Shown in pieces: positions 8,955-17,134 of a stretch of 43,306 nt of DNA; the stretch's first letter is position 1, and each line of letters starts with the position of its first letter. The notes beneath the pieces are model-generated. The model was not told the DNA's origin. It saw only the letters and a list, made by a program, of their open reading frames with translations, and did no database searches. The translations under genes were made by a program, and so were the position numbers. The DNA is from Candidatus Omnitrophota bacterium (GTDB taxonomy: Bacteria; Omnitrophota; Gorgyraeia; Zapsychrales; JBDRMG01): positions 1-43,306 of the forward strand of contig JBDRMG010000033.1 of the NCBI GenBank assembly GCA_043812495.1, given 5' to 3'.

Positions 8955-9143
8955 TTTTGGTTCTTTCTTATTTAGGGTGGATGAAAGAACCTTGATTACA
9001 TCGATTTAAGAACAGATTACACAGATGTGAATATCTGTGTAATCTAATACAATCTGTGCAATCAGGGCCATTCAATCTTTTTCATCATCTATTTGTCTCT
9101 CTTAAAGTTATGAAATATTTATCAATCCAAACAAGAATGGCCC
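8955..9143. repeat. 189-bp dispersed structured repeat, copy 1
   Basis: Aligns at constant offset with 24466-24654; internal IRs GGTTCTTTC/GAAAGAACC, AGATTACACAGAT/ATCTGTGTAATCT, GGGCCATTC/GAATGGCCC. Confidence 0.85.
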
Positions 9144-9148
9144 CTTTT

Positions 9149-9712
9149 TCAATCGGCCCATAATCCCCTCTTTTCTTTCCTAGCGTTTTGATACAACTCT
9201 TCAAACAAATTCATATACTTGATGTTCGGTGGAATATTCATGGGCGTGGCATAGCCGGAATAAATAATATAGGCATTTAAGAACCTCTCGACATAATTTT
9301 TATTATTTGCACGCCCATCGTAGACGACATCTTTGACACGCGCCAATTTGTATTCCTTGCTGGATGCGTCTTCTCTCAAATACACATACGCCAGCAAGCG
9401 CCCCTGGGCATTTTTCTTCTGAACATCGAATTCCAGACGCACTTCTTTCCCTTCGACGAGATTCTTGACGAAGGCCAGAGATTTTCTTCCGATCTTGAGA
9501 ATATTTTTTAAAGGCTTTCCAGTTCGGTGGGATATGCTTTTGGCTTTTTCGTTGGGCTCGCTTTCCGGGCAGTCGATGCCGATCAGGCGGACCTCCTGGC
9601 CGTTATCCAATTCAAGGACATCGCCGCCAATCACGCGCTTGACTGTGTAAATCTCGGCAAAAGCAGGTAGCGCAACTAGACCTATGAGAATAATCGCAAA
9701 GAGTATTCTCAT
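9149..9712 (-). CDS. Thermonuclease (SNase) family protein, secreted
   Basis: Signal peptide; VRLIGIDCPE, GRLLAYV, A..EKRGLW motifs. Confidence 0.9.
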   Translation of the reverse strand: MRILFAIILIGLVALPAFAEIYTVKRVIGGDVLELDNGQEVRLIGIDCPESEPNEKAKSISHRTGKPLKNILKIGRKSLAFVKNLVEGKEVRLEFDVQKKNAQGRLLAYVYLREDASSKEYKLARVKDVVYDGRANNKNYVERFLNAYIIYSGYATPMNIPPNIKYMNLFEELYQNARKEKRGLWAD

Positions 9713-10011
9713 AATGACAGCCCGCTCTTTTGCCCTACTGACTTTACTTTTTCATCGATGCGCGGCCCCTTTTTATCTTTGCGGTCATCAATCACGACAT
9801 GAATGATGACGCGTTCCGCATCCCGCATAATCGATTGATGGCATTTCTTAATCAGAGCGGAAATGTCATCGTATGTGCCTTCCACGACTGTTCCCATGGG
9901 ACCCATGCGATAGGTCAGCCCGCTTCTATGAATGATCTTCGCTATTTTGGCAACATGCCCACTTAACGAAACGCCTTGGCCGATAGGGATGACACTGATT
10001 TCGGCTAACAT
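9709..10011 (-). CDS. MTH1187/YkoF thiamine-binding family protein
   Basis: AEISVIPIG..SLS..V, GPMGTVVEG, DDRKDK motifs. Confidence 0.85.
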   Translation of the reverse strand: MLAEISVIPIGQGVSLSGHVAKIAKIIHRSGLTYRMGPMGTVVEGTYDDISALIKKCHQSIMRDAERVIIHVVIDDRKDKKGPRIDEKVKSVGQKSGLSL

Positions 10012-10095
10012 GATTGATCTCCTTACGCATTCATATTATCCTGTTTTACTTTTCTAATCAAGATTTGAATAATTTATTCTCTTCTTCAAAATAAA

Positions 10096-10266
10096 GGTTA
10101 ACCGATGTTAGCTGAGGTTAACGAAGGTTAACGAGGCTGCCGTTTTTAGGTTGTCTAAGGTTGCAAAGCAGGTTAGGGGAACATACGCAACCTTTGGCAA
10201 CCTTGGGGTAACCTTTGAAAAGCAGCCTGATTAACCTCATCTAACCTCATTTAACTTTTATAACTT
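10096..10266. repeat. Inverted micro-repeat array, ~10-nt period (AGGTTAAC/GTTAACCT type)
   Basis: Run of AGGTT units followed by a run of AACCT units, directly after the dinB stop. Confidence 0.75.
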
Positions 10267-10274
10267 GGAAGGAA

Positions 10275-11435
10275 TTAATATTCGGCGCGGGTTAAGGCGG
10301 CGGGGAAAATGGTCCATTCGCCAAAACGCTCATTGATGCGGTCCATGTTCTTAAGGAGCCTTTCGCGTTTGATCTGGCGCGCAAAAAGATACCGGTTATC
10401 GGCCTTTTGGAAACTGGAAACGCTCACCCCCAGGACCCGCGCGCATAAATGCTTGATTCCCAGAAGACGGATGATCTCCAATGACCTCTGATAAATCTCA
10501 TAGCCGTCATAGGTGGCCTCTTCGTATGTTTTCTGCTTGGCCCATCCGCACAAAAGCTGATCGCTGATATAAAAATAAACGGTCCTTCCCTGAAGCTCAA
10601 GACGGCGCAGGCGATGCGCCACCATCTCGGACAAAAGATAAATCCAGTTTTTGATGTATTCCTCATCATCTGAGCATTCGCGAAGCGTCTGCGAATGACC
10701 CACGGATTTGGGGCTGGAGGCGTGATCGTGGTAGCCGACATAACCGGTATCTTCCAAGCGACAAGCTTGCTTGAGCCACAGGCCAACCACGCCGAAATGT
10801 TCCTTAAGGACGCGGTCGGGGTATTCACTCAACTGGCCGCAGGTGTGAATGCCCAAATGATGGAAGCGTTTCTTTAATCGCTCGCCGATGCCGCAGATTT
10901 TCTCGATGGGTAAATTCTTTAATACACTCAAGGCCTGTTCTTTATCCAAAATCGTCAGGCCGTCGGGTTTTCCCAGCTTGGCGACTAATTTGGCAATAAT
11001 TTTTGTCGGGGCCACACCGACCGAGCATGTCAGACCAAAACGTTTCTTGATTTCTTTTTTGATCTCACCGGCCATATTGTGAATAGAGCCGAAGAAGGAC
11101 TTGCATCCTTCGCAATCCAGAAAAAACTCATCGATCGAATACGCCTCAACGCGCGGGCTGAATGTTTTAAGGATATCGAATATCTTTTCTGCAGTGAAAA
11201 GATACTTGGCTGTGTCGGCCGGGACAAAGATGGCCTGCGGACAAATTTCCAGCGCCCGCCAGGACGGCATGGCCGAATCTATCCCTAAGGCCTTGGCCTC
11301 GTAAGAAGCCGCGCAGACAATGGATTTGTATTTGTTGTTGCGGCCGCCGATAATCACGGGCTTGCCTTTAATCGAAGGATTCACTTCCTGTTCGATGGCC
11401 GCGAAAAAAGCGTCCATATCGATATGCATGATCAT
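10275..11435 (-). CDS. dinB: DNA polymerase IV (Y family)
   Basis: HIDMDAFFAAIE, ASYEAK, SIDEFFLD, AKL..KPDG motifs. Confidence 0.92.
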   Translation of the reverse strand: MIMHIDMDAFFAAIEQEVNPSIKGKPVIIGGRNNKYKSIVCAASYEAKALGIDSAMPSWRALEICPQAIFVPADTAKYLFTAEKIFDILKTFSPRVEAYSIDEFFLDCEGCKSFFGSIHNMAGEIKKEIKKRFGLTCSVGVAPTKIIAKLVAKLGKPDGLTILDKEQALSVLKNLPIEKICGIGERLKKRFHHLGIHTCGQLSEYPDRVLKEHFGVVGLWLKQACRLEDTGYVGYHDHASSPKSVGHSQTLRECSDDEEYIKNWIYLLSEMVAHRLRRLELQGRTVYFYISDQLLCGWAKQKTYEEATYDGYEIYQRSLEIIRLLGIKHLCARVLGVSVSSFQKADNRYLFARQIKRERLLKNMDRINERFGEWTIFPAALTRAEY

Positions 11436-11438
11436 AGA

Positions 11439-11629
11439 GAAAAAGTATTTTTGTATTTGGTTAATCCCCCCACCACTTTTTTAAGAAAGTGGGGGGGGTC
11501 AATTCGTCCTTATGACTTATGGAGGCCCCCGCCAAAGGCGGGGCTGACATAAGTCATAAGGACGAATTGACCCCGAGTCCGCCGCTCAATTCATATCGGA
11601 CGAGGGGTAAATGCAATTGTAATATTTTC
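11439..11629. repeat. Structured intergenic element, locus 6: double-ended (two 3' halves back to back)
   Basis: Perfect 27-bp IR 11495-11521/11548-11574 (GGGGTCAATTCGTCCTTATGACTTATG); each side has its own second hairpin and AT-rich tail. Confidence 0.9.
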
Positions 11630-11654
11630 TTAATGTTCTGGATGAACTGACTGG

Positions 11655-11684
11655 ACTATACCACACATGCGTGTGGGTTGTAAA
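11655..11684 (-). promoter_or_regulatory. Putative dinB promoter with palindrome in the spacer
   Basis: Minus strand TTTACA-18nt-TATAGT (TG-extended); CCACAC-N4-GTGTGG at 11661-11676. Confidence 0.55.
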
Positions 11685-11744
11685 GGATTTTTTAAGGACT
11701 TCGGTTAGAAAGGTCAGACGGATTAACGCAGATATTTGCTAAGG

Positions 11745-11871
11745 ATATCAGGGGATCGGGTGATCAGGGACTAGGCCGATCAGGAGATTGGAGACCCATT
11801 CATTTGTAAGTCCCCGATATCCCAATACCCAAATCTCCTAGTCCCCAAATCCCCGGATGACCTGATCGCCC
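11745..11871. repeat. Inverted micro-repeat array, 8-nt period (ATCAGGGG/CCCCTGAT type)
   Basis: ATCAGGGG ATCGGGTG ATCAGGG.. then TCCCCGAT ATCCCAAT ACCCAAAT CTCCTAGT ... GACCTGAT. Confidence 0.75.
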
Positions 11872-11882
11872 GTATTAATCTG

Positions 11883-11910
11883 TTGACAAAAAACAAAAAT
11901 CAAGTATACT
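11883..11910 (+). promoter_or_regulatory. sigma70 promoter of rpmB
   Basis: TTGACA-16nt-TATACT, 32 nt before the ATG; SD AAAGGA. Confidence 0.75.
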
Positions 11911-11942
11911 TCTATTCTATTATCGAGAAAGGACTTCTTTAA

Positions 11943-12170
11943 ATGGCGAAAGTTTGTGCAATCTGTCAAAAAGGCTCCCTGCCGGGACGAAAATATAAAC
12001 GCCGCGGGTTAGCTAAGGCCAAAGGCGGCGCCGGCAGCAAGATCACCGGAAAAACCCACCGAAGGTTCCTGCCGAATCTTCAGAGAATCCGCATCCGCTT
12101 AGGTAAAAGCATCAAGCCCGCGTATGTCTGCGTACGCTGTATTAAAGCAGGCAAGATTCAGAAGGCTTAA
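11943..12170 (+). CDS. rpmB: 50S ribosomal protein L28 (Zn-binding form)
   Basis: MAKVCAICQK..RRFLPNLQ..VCVRCIKAGKI. Confidence 0.93.
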   Translation: MAKVCAICQKGSLPGRKYKRRGLAKAKGGAGSKITGKTHRRFLPNLQRIRIRLGKSIKPAYVCVRCIKAGKIQKA

Positions 12171-12177
12171 GGTTTTA

Positions 12178-12293
12178 AAAACCCTAAATCCGAAATCCTA
12201 AATAAACTCAAAATCCAAAATACAAAACTCAAAACGTTTTGGGTTTTGGATTTGTTATTTTGGATTTATTTAGAGTTTAGGATTTTGGATTTG
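12178..12293. repeat. Inverted micro-repeat array, 7-nt period (AAATCCA/TGGATTT type), between convergent rpmB and recJ
   Basis: AAATCCGAAATCCTAAATAAACTC... / ...GAGTTTAGGATTTTGGATTT around a central CAAAACGTTTTG. Confidence 0.8.
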
Positions 12294-12295
12294 TA

Positions 12296-13978
12296 TTAAT
12301 TGATTTTGATATCTTTGATCTTCAGCTGGACCTGCGGATCTTTATTGTAGTCATCGATCATCACCTGATACGCGCAATCAAATTCTTTGGCTTGCGAAAG
12401 ACAATCCGCGTACCCGGCCATTCCAAAACCGACGCAAGAAAACGCCTTCTGGCCGTCGGTCGCCCAGAACTTGATCGTTTCGCGTCCGGCGATCTGGCAG
12501 GATCCTTTGAGGGACAAGCGGCGGGAACAAAAGACCGGCGTTGGATTACCCTCGCCGCAGGGTTCAATGGCCTCGATCGCTTTGGCCAAATCAAGATCTA
12601 AGGCGGCCAGGGGAATTTCACTATCCACCTCAAGCGTGGGCACCAAATCATGAACATCCATCACCCGGCTTGCGTATTCATTCATGGCCTGAGAAAAGGA
12701 ATCAATTTTTTCCGCTTTAATGGTTAAGCCGGCGGCGTGCTCATGTCCGCCGAAATTCTCTAAATGTGCCGCGCAGTGATGCAGGGCTTCGTAGATATGA
12801 AAGCTCTCAATGGAGCGCGCCGATCCTTTGCCGATACCATTGTCTAAAGAAATCACGATGGCCGGCCGGTAAAACGTATCCATAAGGCGCGCCGCCACGA
12901 TTCCCACAACACCCGGATGCCATCCTTCTTTGCTCACAACAATAACTCTATGGTCTTTAAAGTTAACGTTTTGTTCGACCATACTCAGGGCTTCATCCGC
13001 GATTTCTTTCTGCGTCTTCTGCCGAAGGCGATTGTCTCCTTCGAGACTTTCGGCGATCATCATGGCCTTAGAAAAATCATCACACAAAAGCAATTCAAGC
13101 GCTTTTTCGGCTGATCCCAGGCGGCCCGTGGCATTGATGCGCGGCCCTAAGATAAAGCCAACGGATGTGGGTTTGATTTTCTTATCCTTGATGCGCGCCG
13201 TGTGCATCAGTGCCAAAAGTCCCTGATTTTTCGTCTGCTCTATTCTTTTGAGACCCTCTTTGACGAAAATACGATTTTCACCGGTCAAGTCCGCGACATC
13301 GGCAATGGTGCCCAGGGCCACAAGGTCCATAAAATCATCCGGGACCTTTCCTAAAAGCGCATGCGCGAGTTTAAACGCAAGCCCCGCAGACGCCAAATCT
13401 TTAAACGGATACGTACAATCTTTTCTTCTCGGGTTGACGATCGCCAGAGCCTTGGGTAAATGGTCTTCGGGCGGCTCGTGATGGTCAAGAATAATGACAT
13501 CGATCCCCTGATCGTTGATCGACTCCACTTCGCTTACGGCATTGATCCCGCAGTCAATAGCGATCAAAAGGTGGATTCCTTTTTTCTTGGCAAACGCGGC
13601 GATTGTATGATTGAGGCCATACCCCTCATCGATACGATGCGGAATATAATTGATCACGTCAAGTGCAAGGGCCGTGAGAACTTTCTTAAGAATCGCCGAA
13701 GACGTGATGCCATCCACGTCATAATCGCCGAAAACCAGAACTTGTTCCTTTTTCTTTTGCGCCTGACGGATACGCCGGACAGCCTTGTCCATATCCTTAA
13801 GAAGAAAAGGATCGTGCAGGGACGAATAATCTCCTGTTAAAAAATTTCTCGCTTGTTTGATATTTCTGACGCCGCGATTAACGAGAAGCTGCGCGATGAG
13901 AGGGTGGATGCCCAAAGCATCGCTGAGTTTAACTTGGGCCTGGGGGTTAGGGGTTTTGATGAGCCATTGTTTAGTCAT
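12296..13978 (-). CDS. recJ: ssDNA-specific exonuclease RecJ
   Basis: GDYDVDG, DHH, LGTIADV, PRINATGR, GSARS, GGH..AAG motifs. Confidence 0.95.
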   Translation of the reverse strand: MTKQWLIKTPNPQAQVKLSDALGIHPLIAQLLVNRGVRNIKQARNFLTGDYSSLHDPFLLKDMDKAVRRIRQAQKKKEQVLVFGDYDVDGITSSAILKKVLTALALDVINYIPHRIDEGYGLNHTIAAFAKKKGIHLLIAIDCGINAVSEVESINDQGIDVIILDHHEPPEDHLPKALAIVNPRRKDCTYPFKDLASAGLAFKLAHALLGKVPDDFMDLVALGTIADVADLTGENRIFVKEGLKRIEQTKNQGLLALMHTARIKDKKIKPTSVGFILGPRINATGRLGSAEKALELLLCDDFSKAMMIAESLEGDNRLRQKTQKEIADEALSMVEQNVNFKDHRVIVVSKEGWHPGVVGIVAARLMDTFYRPAIVISLDNGIGKGSARSIESFHIYEALHHCAAHLENFGGHEHAAGLTIKAEKIDSFSQAMNEYASRVMDVHDLVPTLEVDSEIPLAALDLDLAKAIEAIEPCGEGNPTPVFCSRRLSLKGSCQIAGRETIKFWATDGQKAFSCVGFGMAGYADCLSQAKEFDCAYQVMIDDYNKDPQVQLKIKDIKIN

Positions 13979-14030
13979 AAATCAAGTCATATAATTCAAA
14001 GTTAGTATTTTCAAGTCTATCAAGTCAAGC

Positions 14031-14221
14031 AGGGCCAACAAGGCTAAAAGGGCCATAAGGCACCAAGGCTAAAAAGGCAAAAAGGCTACAAAAGGCGCTA
14101 CTGATTTCTTGCAAATTTTGTTAAATCCTTACGCCTTGTTAGCCTTTAAGCCCTCATAGCCCTTCATAGACCTGTTGCCTTGCTAGCCATGTCTGCCTTG
14201 TTTGCCTTTAATAGCCTTGGC
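14031..14221. repeat. Inverted micro-repeat array, ~9-nt period (AAGGC/GCCTT type)
   Basis: Repeated AAGGCnAAA units then repeated GCCTTnnnn units, between argS and recJ. Confidence 0.75.
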
Positions 14222-14246
14222 TTTAAAATATATTCGATCAATTCTT

Positions 14247-15920
14247 TTACATTTTCTCCGGTGCGCTGACGCCCAAAAGACGCAGGCCGTTCGCTAAGAC
14301 AATCTTTGCGGCTTCGATGAGGGCCAAGCGCTCAGAAGAAAGATCGACGTCCTCGCCGATCACGCGATGGCAATCGTAGAATTTATGAAAGCAGGTGGCC
14401 AGCTCCAAGAGATAATTTGTCAAGGCGAACGGGTCGCGCTGTTTTTCGCAAATGTCCAGGATATCGGCAAAGAAGGCGATTTTTCTGATCAAATCGATTT
14501 CCTCTTCTTCTTTTAAGAGCTTGAGTCCCTTGTGAATTGGCTTGATATTGGGATTTTCATTAAATTTGATAATGCTGTGAATGCGCGCATGCGCGTATTG
14601 AATATAATAAATCGGATTTTCCGGTGTTTGGCTTTTGGCTAATTCCAAATCAAAATCCAGATGCGCGGTAATATGGCGCATGAGAAAGAAGTAGCGCGCG
14701 GCATCCACGCCCACCTCATCGATGACCTCGCGCAGACTGATATATTGTCCGCGGCGCGTGGACATCGAAAGCGGCTTGCCGTCTTTGTAAATCGTGGCGA
14801 GTTGAACGATCAGGACAACGAGAGAATCCGCCGGATGACCCAGGGCTTGGATAGCGGCTTTCAAGCGCGGAATATAACCGTGATGATCCGGCCCCCAGAT
14901 ATTAAAAAGCTTTGTAAAACCTCTTTTGTATTTGTCGTCATGGTAGACAATATCCGGAGCAAGGTACGTAAAGTTTCCGTCTGATTTTCTAACGACCCGA
15001 TTCTTATCATCTCCGAAGGCCGTAGATTTAAACCAGAGCGCACCCTCCTGGTCAAACACATGTCCTTTTTTCCTTAAGACGCTCAAACTATTCTCGATAT
15101 TCTTAGTCGTTGCGATCTTGGCTTGAGAAGACCAAATATCGAAATCGACGCCGAAATCTTTCAAATCTTTCTTGATGATCGACAAGAGTGTGCTCACCCC
15201 GAAGGCATTGAATAAAGAGGCGTCTTTCTCTTGAAGATCATCCAAGCTTTTGATTTTATGCTCTTGGATGAAGTCTTGCGCAATATCTTTAATATACTCT
15301 CCCTGATAACCGTTTTCTGGCAATTGAAGGAGTTCACCAAAGATTTCTTTAGCGCGCGCTTCAATGGACTGCCCCAAAAGATTGATCTGATTGCCCTCGT
15401 CATTGATGTAGTATTCTTTTTCAACGTCGTGACCAAGGAATGTCAGGATATTCCCCAGAACATCGCCCACGGCCGCCTGCCGGGCATGCGCCACGCTCAA
15501 AGGGCCCGTGGGATTAGCGCTCACGAATTCAATGAGGATTTTTTCTTTAATTATCTCTTGGGCGCAGCCGTAACGGTCTTGGGTGCGAAAAACTTCATAA
15601 AGGATTTCATAAAAAGCTTCTCGGGCGAGAAAGAAGTTGATAAAACCGGGCTTTTTGACTTCAATCTTTTGGATAAGATCTTTGATGGGTTCTGATTTGA
15701 TTTGATTCTCAAGAAACGCTTGTACGTCTGTGGCAATCGAGAGAGGATTCTTCCTAAGAATCCTGGATAACTGTAAGGCGATATTGGTCGCGAGTTCTCC
15801 GTGGGCCTTATCGGCGGGTGTATCCAAAATGACATCGGGATAAGAATCGCGCGAAGGATACAGAGAACGAACGGATTGCTCAATCAAATCTTTGAGTTGA
15901 TTTTTGAGGTGGGTTAACAT
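14247..15920 (-). CDS. argS: Arginine--tRNA ligase
   Basis: EFVSANPTGPL, EYYINDEG, GPDHHGY, MSTRRG, YYIQYAHARI, LLGVSAPEKM; start ATG 15920 (track extension lies in element copy 7). Confidence 0.95.
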   Translation of the reverse strand: MLTHLKNQLKDLIEQSVRSLYPSRDSYPDVILDTPADKAHGELATNIALQLSRILRKNPLSIATDVQAFLENQIKSEPIKDLIQKIEVKKPGFINFFLAREAFYEILYEVFRTQDRYGCAQEIIKEKILIEFVSANPTGPLSVAHARQAAVGDVLGNILTFLGHDVEKEYYINDEGNQINLLGQSIEARAKEIFGELLQLPENGYQGEYIKDIAQDFIQEHKIKSLDDLQEKDASLFNAFGVSTLLSIIKKDLKDFGVDFDIWSSQAKIATTKNIENSLSVLRKKGHVFDQEGALWFKSTAFGDDKNRVVRKSDGNFTYLAPDIVYHDDKYKRGFTKLFNIWGPDHHGYIPRLKAAIQALGHPADSLVVLIVQLATIYKDGKPLSMSTRRGQYISLREVIDEVGVDAARYFFLMRHITAHLDFDLELAKSQTPENPIYYIQYAHARIHSIIKFNENPNIKPIHKGLKLLKEEEEIDLIRKIAFFADILDICEKQRDPFALTNYLLELATCFHKFYDCHRVIGEDVDLSSERLALIEAAKIVLANGLRLLGVSAPEKM

Positions 15921-15924
15921 AGCG

Positions 15925-16049
15925 GAAATAGCACCATTTATTTTCTCATCCCCGCCCTTTTGCCTTCGGCAAAAGGGCGGGGTTAATTCGGCCAACAACT
16001 TACGTCATCCCGCCTTTGGCGGGTTATCCGTAAGTTGCGGCCTCATTAA
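15925..16049 (-). repeat. Structured intergenic element, copy 7
   Basis: Minus strand TTAAT-GA-GGCC-GCAACTTACG...CGTAAGTTGT-T-GGCC-GA-ATTAA, hairpin CCCGCCCTTTTGCC/GGCAAAAGGGCGGG, degenerate tail ending TATTTC. Confidence 0.85.
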
Positions 16050-16062
16050 AAAGGAAGGATGA

Positions 16063-16434
16063 TTAACTACTTGTTTTCGATTTCCAGTTTACGTGCGGGG
16101 CGTCCTGCCAGAGATGTTCCAGACCATAAAACTGACGCGTATCCTCAGTGAAGATATGCACAACGACCCCGCCGACATCGAGAAGCATCCATTGAGATTC
16201 TTCTTTCCCCCTGGCAAAACGGGCGCGCACGCCCCGTTTACCAAGCTCTTGATCGATCTCATCGGCGATGGCTTTAAGTCTGCGTTCGCTGGTCGCGGAG
16301 CAAATAACAAAATAATCGCAGAAATTAACGACTTTGCGCATATCGAGAATGACGATATTGTCCGCTTTTTTATTTGTCGCAAATTCTGCGATTAATTTGG
16401 CTATTGTTCTTGAACTAGTATTCTTCTTTCGAAT
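16063..16434 (-). CDS. rsfS: Ribosome silencing factor RsfS (Iojap)
   Basis: KKADNIVILD, DYFVICSA, W.LLD.G.VVVHIF..R.FY.LE.LW; homology runs upstream of ATG 16341; probable ATT start at 16434 (start uncertain). Confidence 0.88.
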   Translation of the reverse strand: MRKKNTSSRTIAKLIAEFATNKKADNIVILDMRKVVNFCDYFVICSATSERRLKAIADEIDQELGKRGVRARFARGKEESQWMLLDVGGVVVHIFTEDTRQFYGLEHLWQDAPHVNWKSKTSS

Positions 16435-16675
16435 AGCGACGAAAACCTTCTTGTTGGCGAAATTTCTGCTGATTTTCTAAAGTTGTTCTGATCCAGGCTA
16501 TTAAAAAGAGGGTCTTGAGGACAGACTCCGTTCTTTTCTTTGATACTTTATTGACTTTTTTTATTAAAGGATTGGTGGAAGTCAATATTTGATCTTTTTT
16601 CTCATATAGAGAAAATATTAATGCCTGTTCCATTAATAAGGAAAAGATCAATAAAGCCTAGTAAAGGAATACAAA

Positions 16676-16846
16676 CTATTTCTTAAATTTGGCCGCTTGA
16701 TCGGCGGAAAGAACGCGCCAGCATTCGTGCGTACCTGCAGGAGACTTGGCGACAGCGAAATTACGACCGCTTTTTTGCCTGACCGTATATTCTGTGGTCT
16801 TGAATTTTGACTTGGTTTTGACATCGTAGAAGGATAATTCTTCCAT
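16676..16846 (-). CDS. 56-aa basic protein resembling crenarchaeal chromatin protein CC1
   Basis: MEELSFYDVKTKSKFKTTEYTVRQKSGRNFAVAKSPAGTHECWRVLSADQAAKFKK; SD TAAGGAG; own promoter; not in the ORF track. Confidence 0.8.
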   Translation of the reverse strand: MEELSFYDVKTKSKFKTTEYTVRQKSGRNFAVAKSPAGTHECWRVLSADQAAKFKK

Positions 16847-16970
16847 CGTCTACTCCTTATGATTGATTAAATGATTATTGAATGTGTCCGATTACCATCC
16901 CATGACCGATAATCTGATTTAACTGCCTTGGCACCCCCTTTTTGAAGGAACTCTCTTTTAAAGCGCTTTA

Positions 16971-16999
16971 AGTCTAACTTAACTTTCTTTATTTGTCAA
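16971..16999 (-). promoter_or_regulatory. sigma70 promoter of the 56-aa gene
   Basis: TTGACA-17nt-TAGACT on the minus strand. Confidence 0.75.
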
Positions 17000-17031
17000 T
17001 ACCTTCATGGGTGGAGTTTCCCCAGTTTTCG

Positions 17032-17134
17032 ATCTAAACGCAGATGGTCGCAGATTACACGCAGATGGTCGCAGATATTCCGACGATCTATCTGCGTAAA
17101 TCTGCGTTTGATTTGCGTGAATCCGCGTTTAGAT
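17032..17134. repeat. Inverted micro-repeat array, 10-11-nt period (CGCAGAT/ATCTGCG)
   Basis: Four CGCAGAT units then four ATCTGCG-like units, closed by ATCTAAACG/CGTTTAGAT. Confidence 0.85.

Noticed and set aside
16415..16651. 78-aa ORF upstream of rsfS
   Set aside because: No SD, no recognisable motif, AT-rich promoter-like sequence, and it overlaps the probable rsfS start
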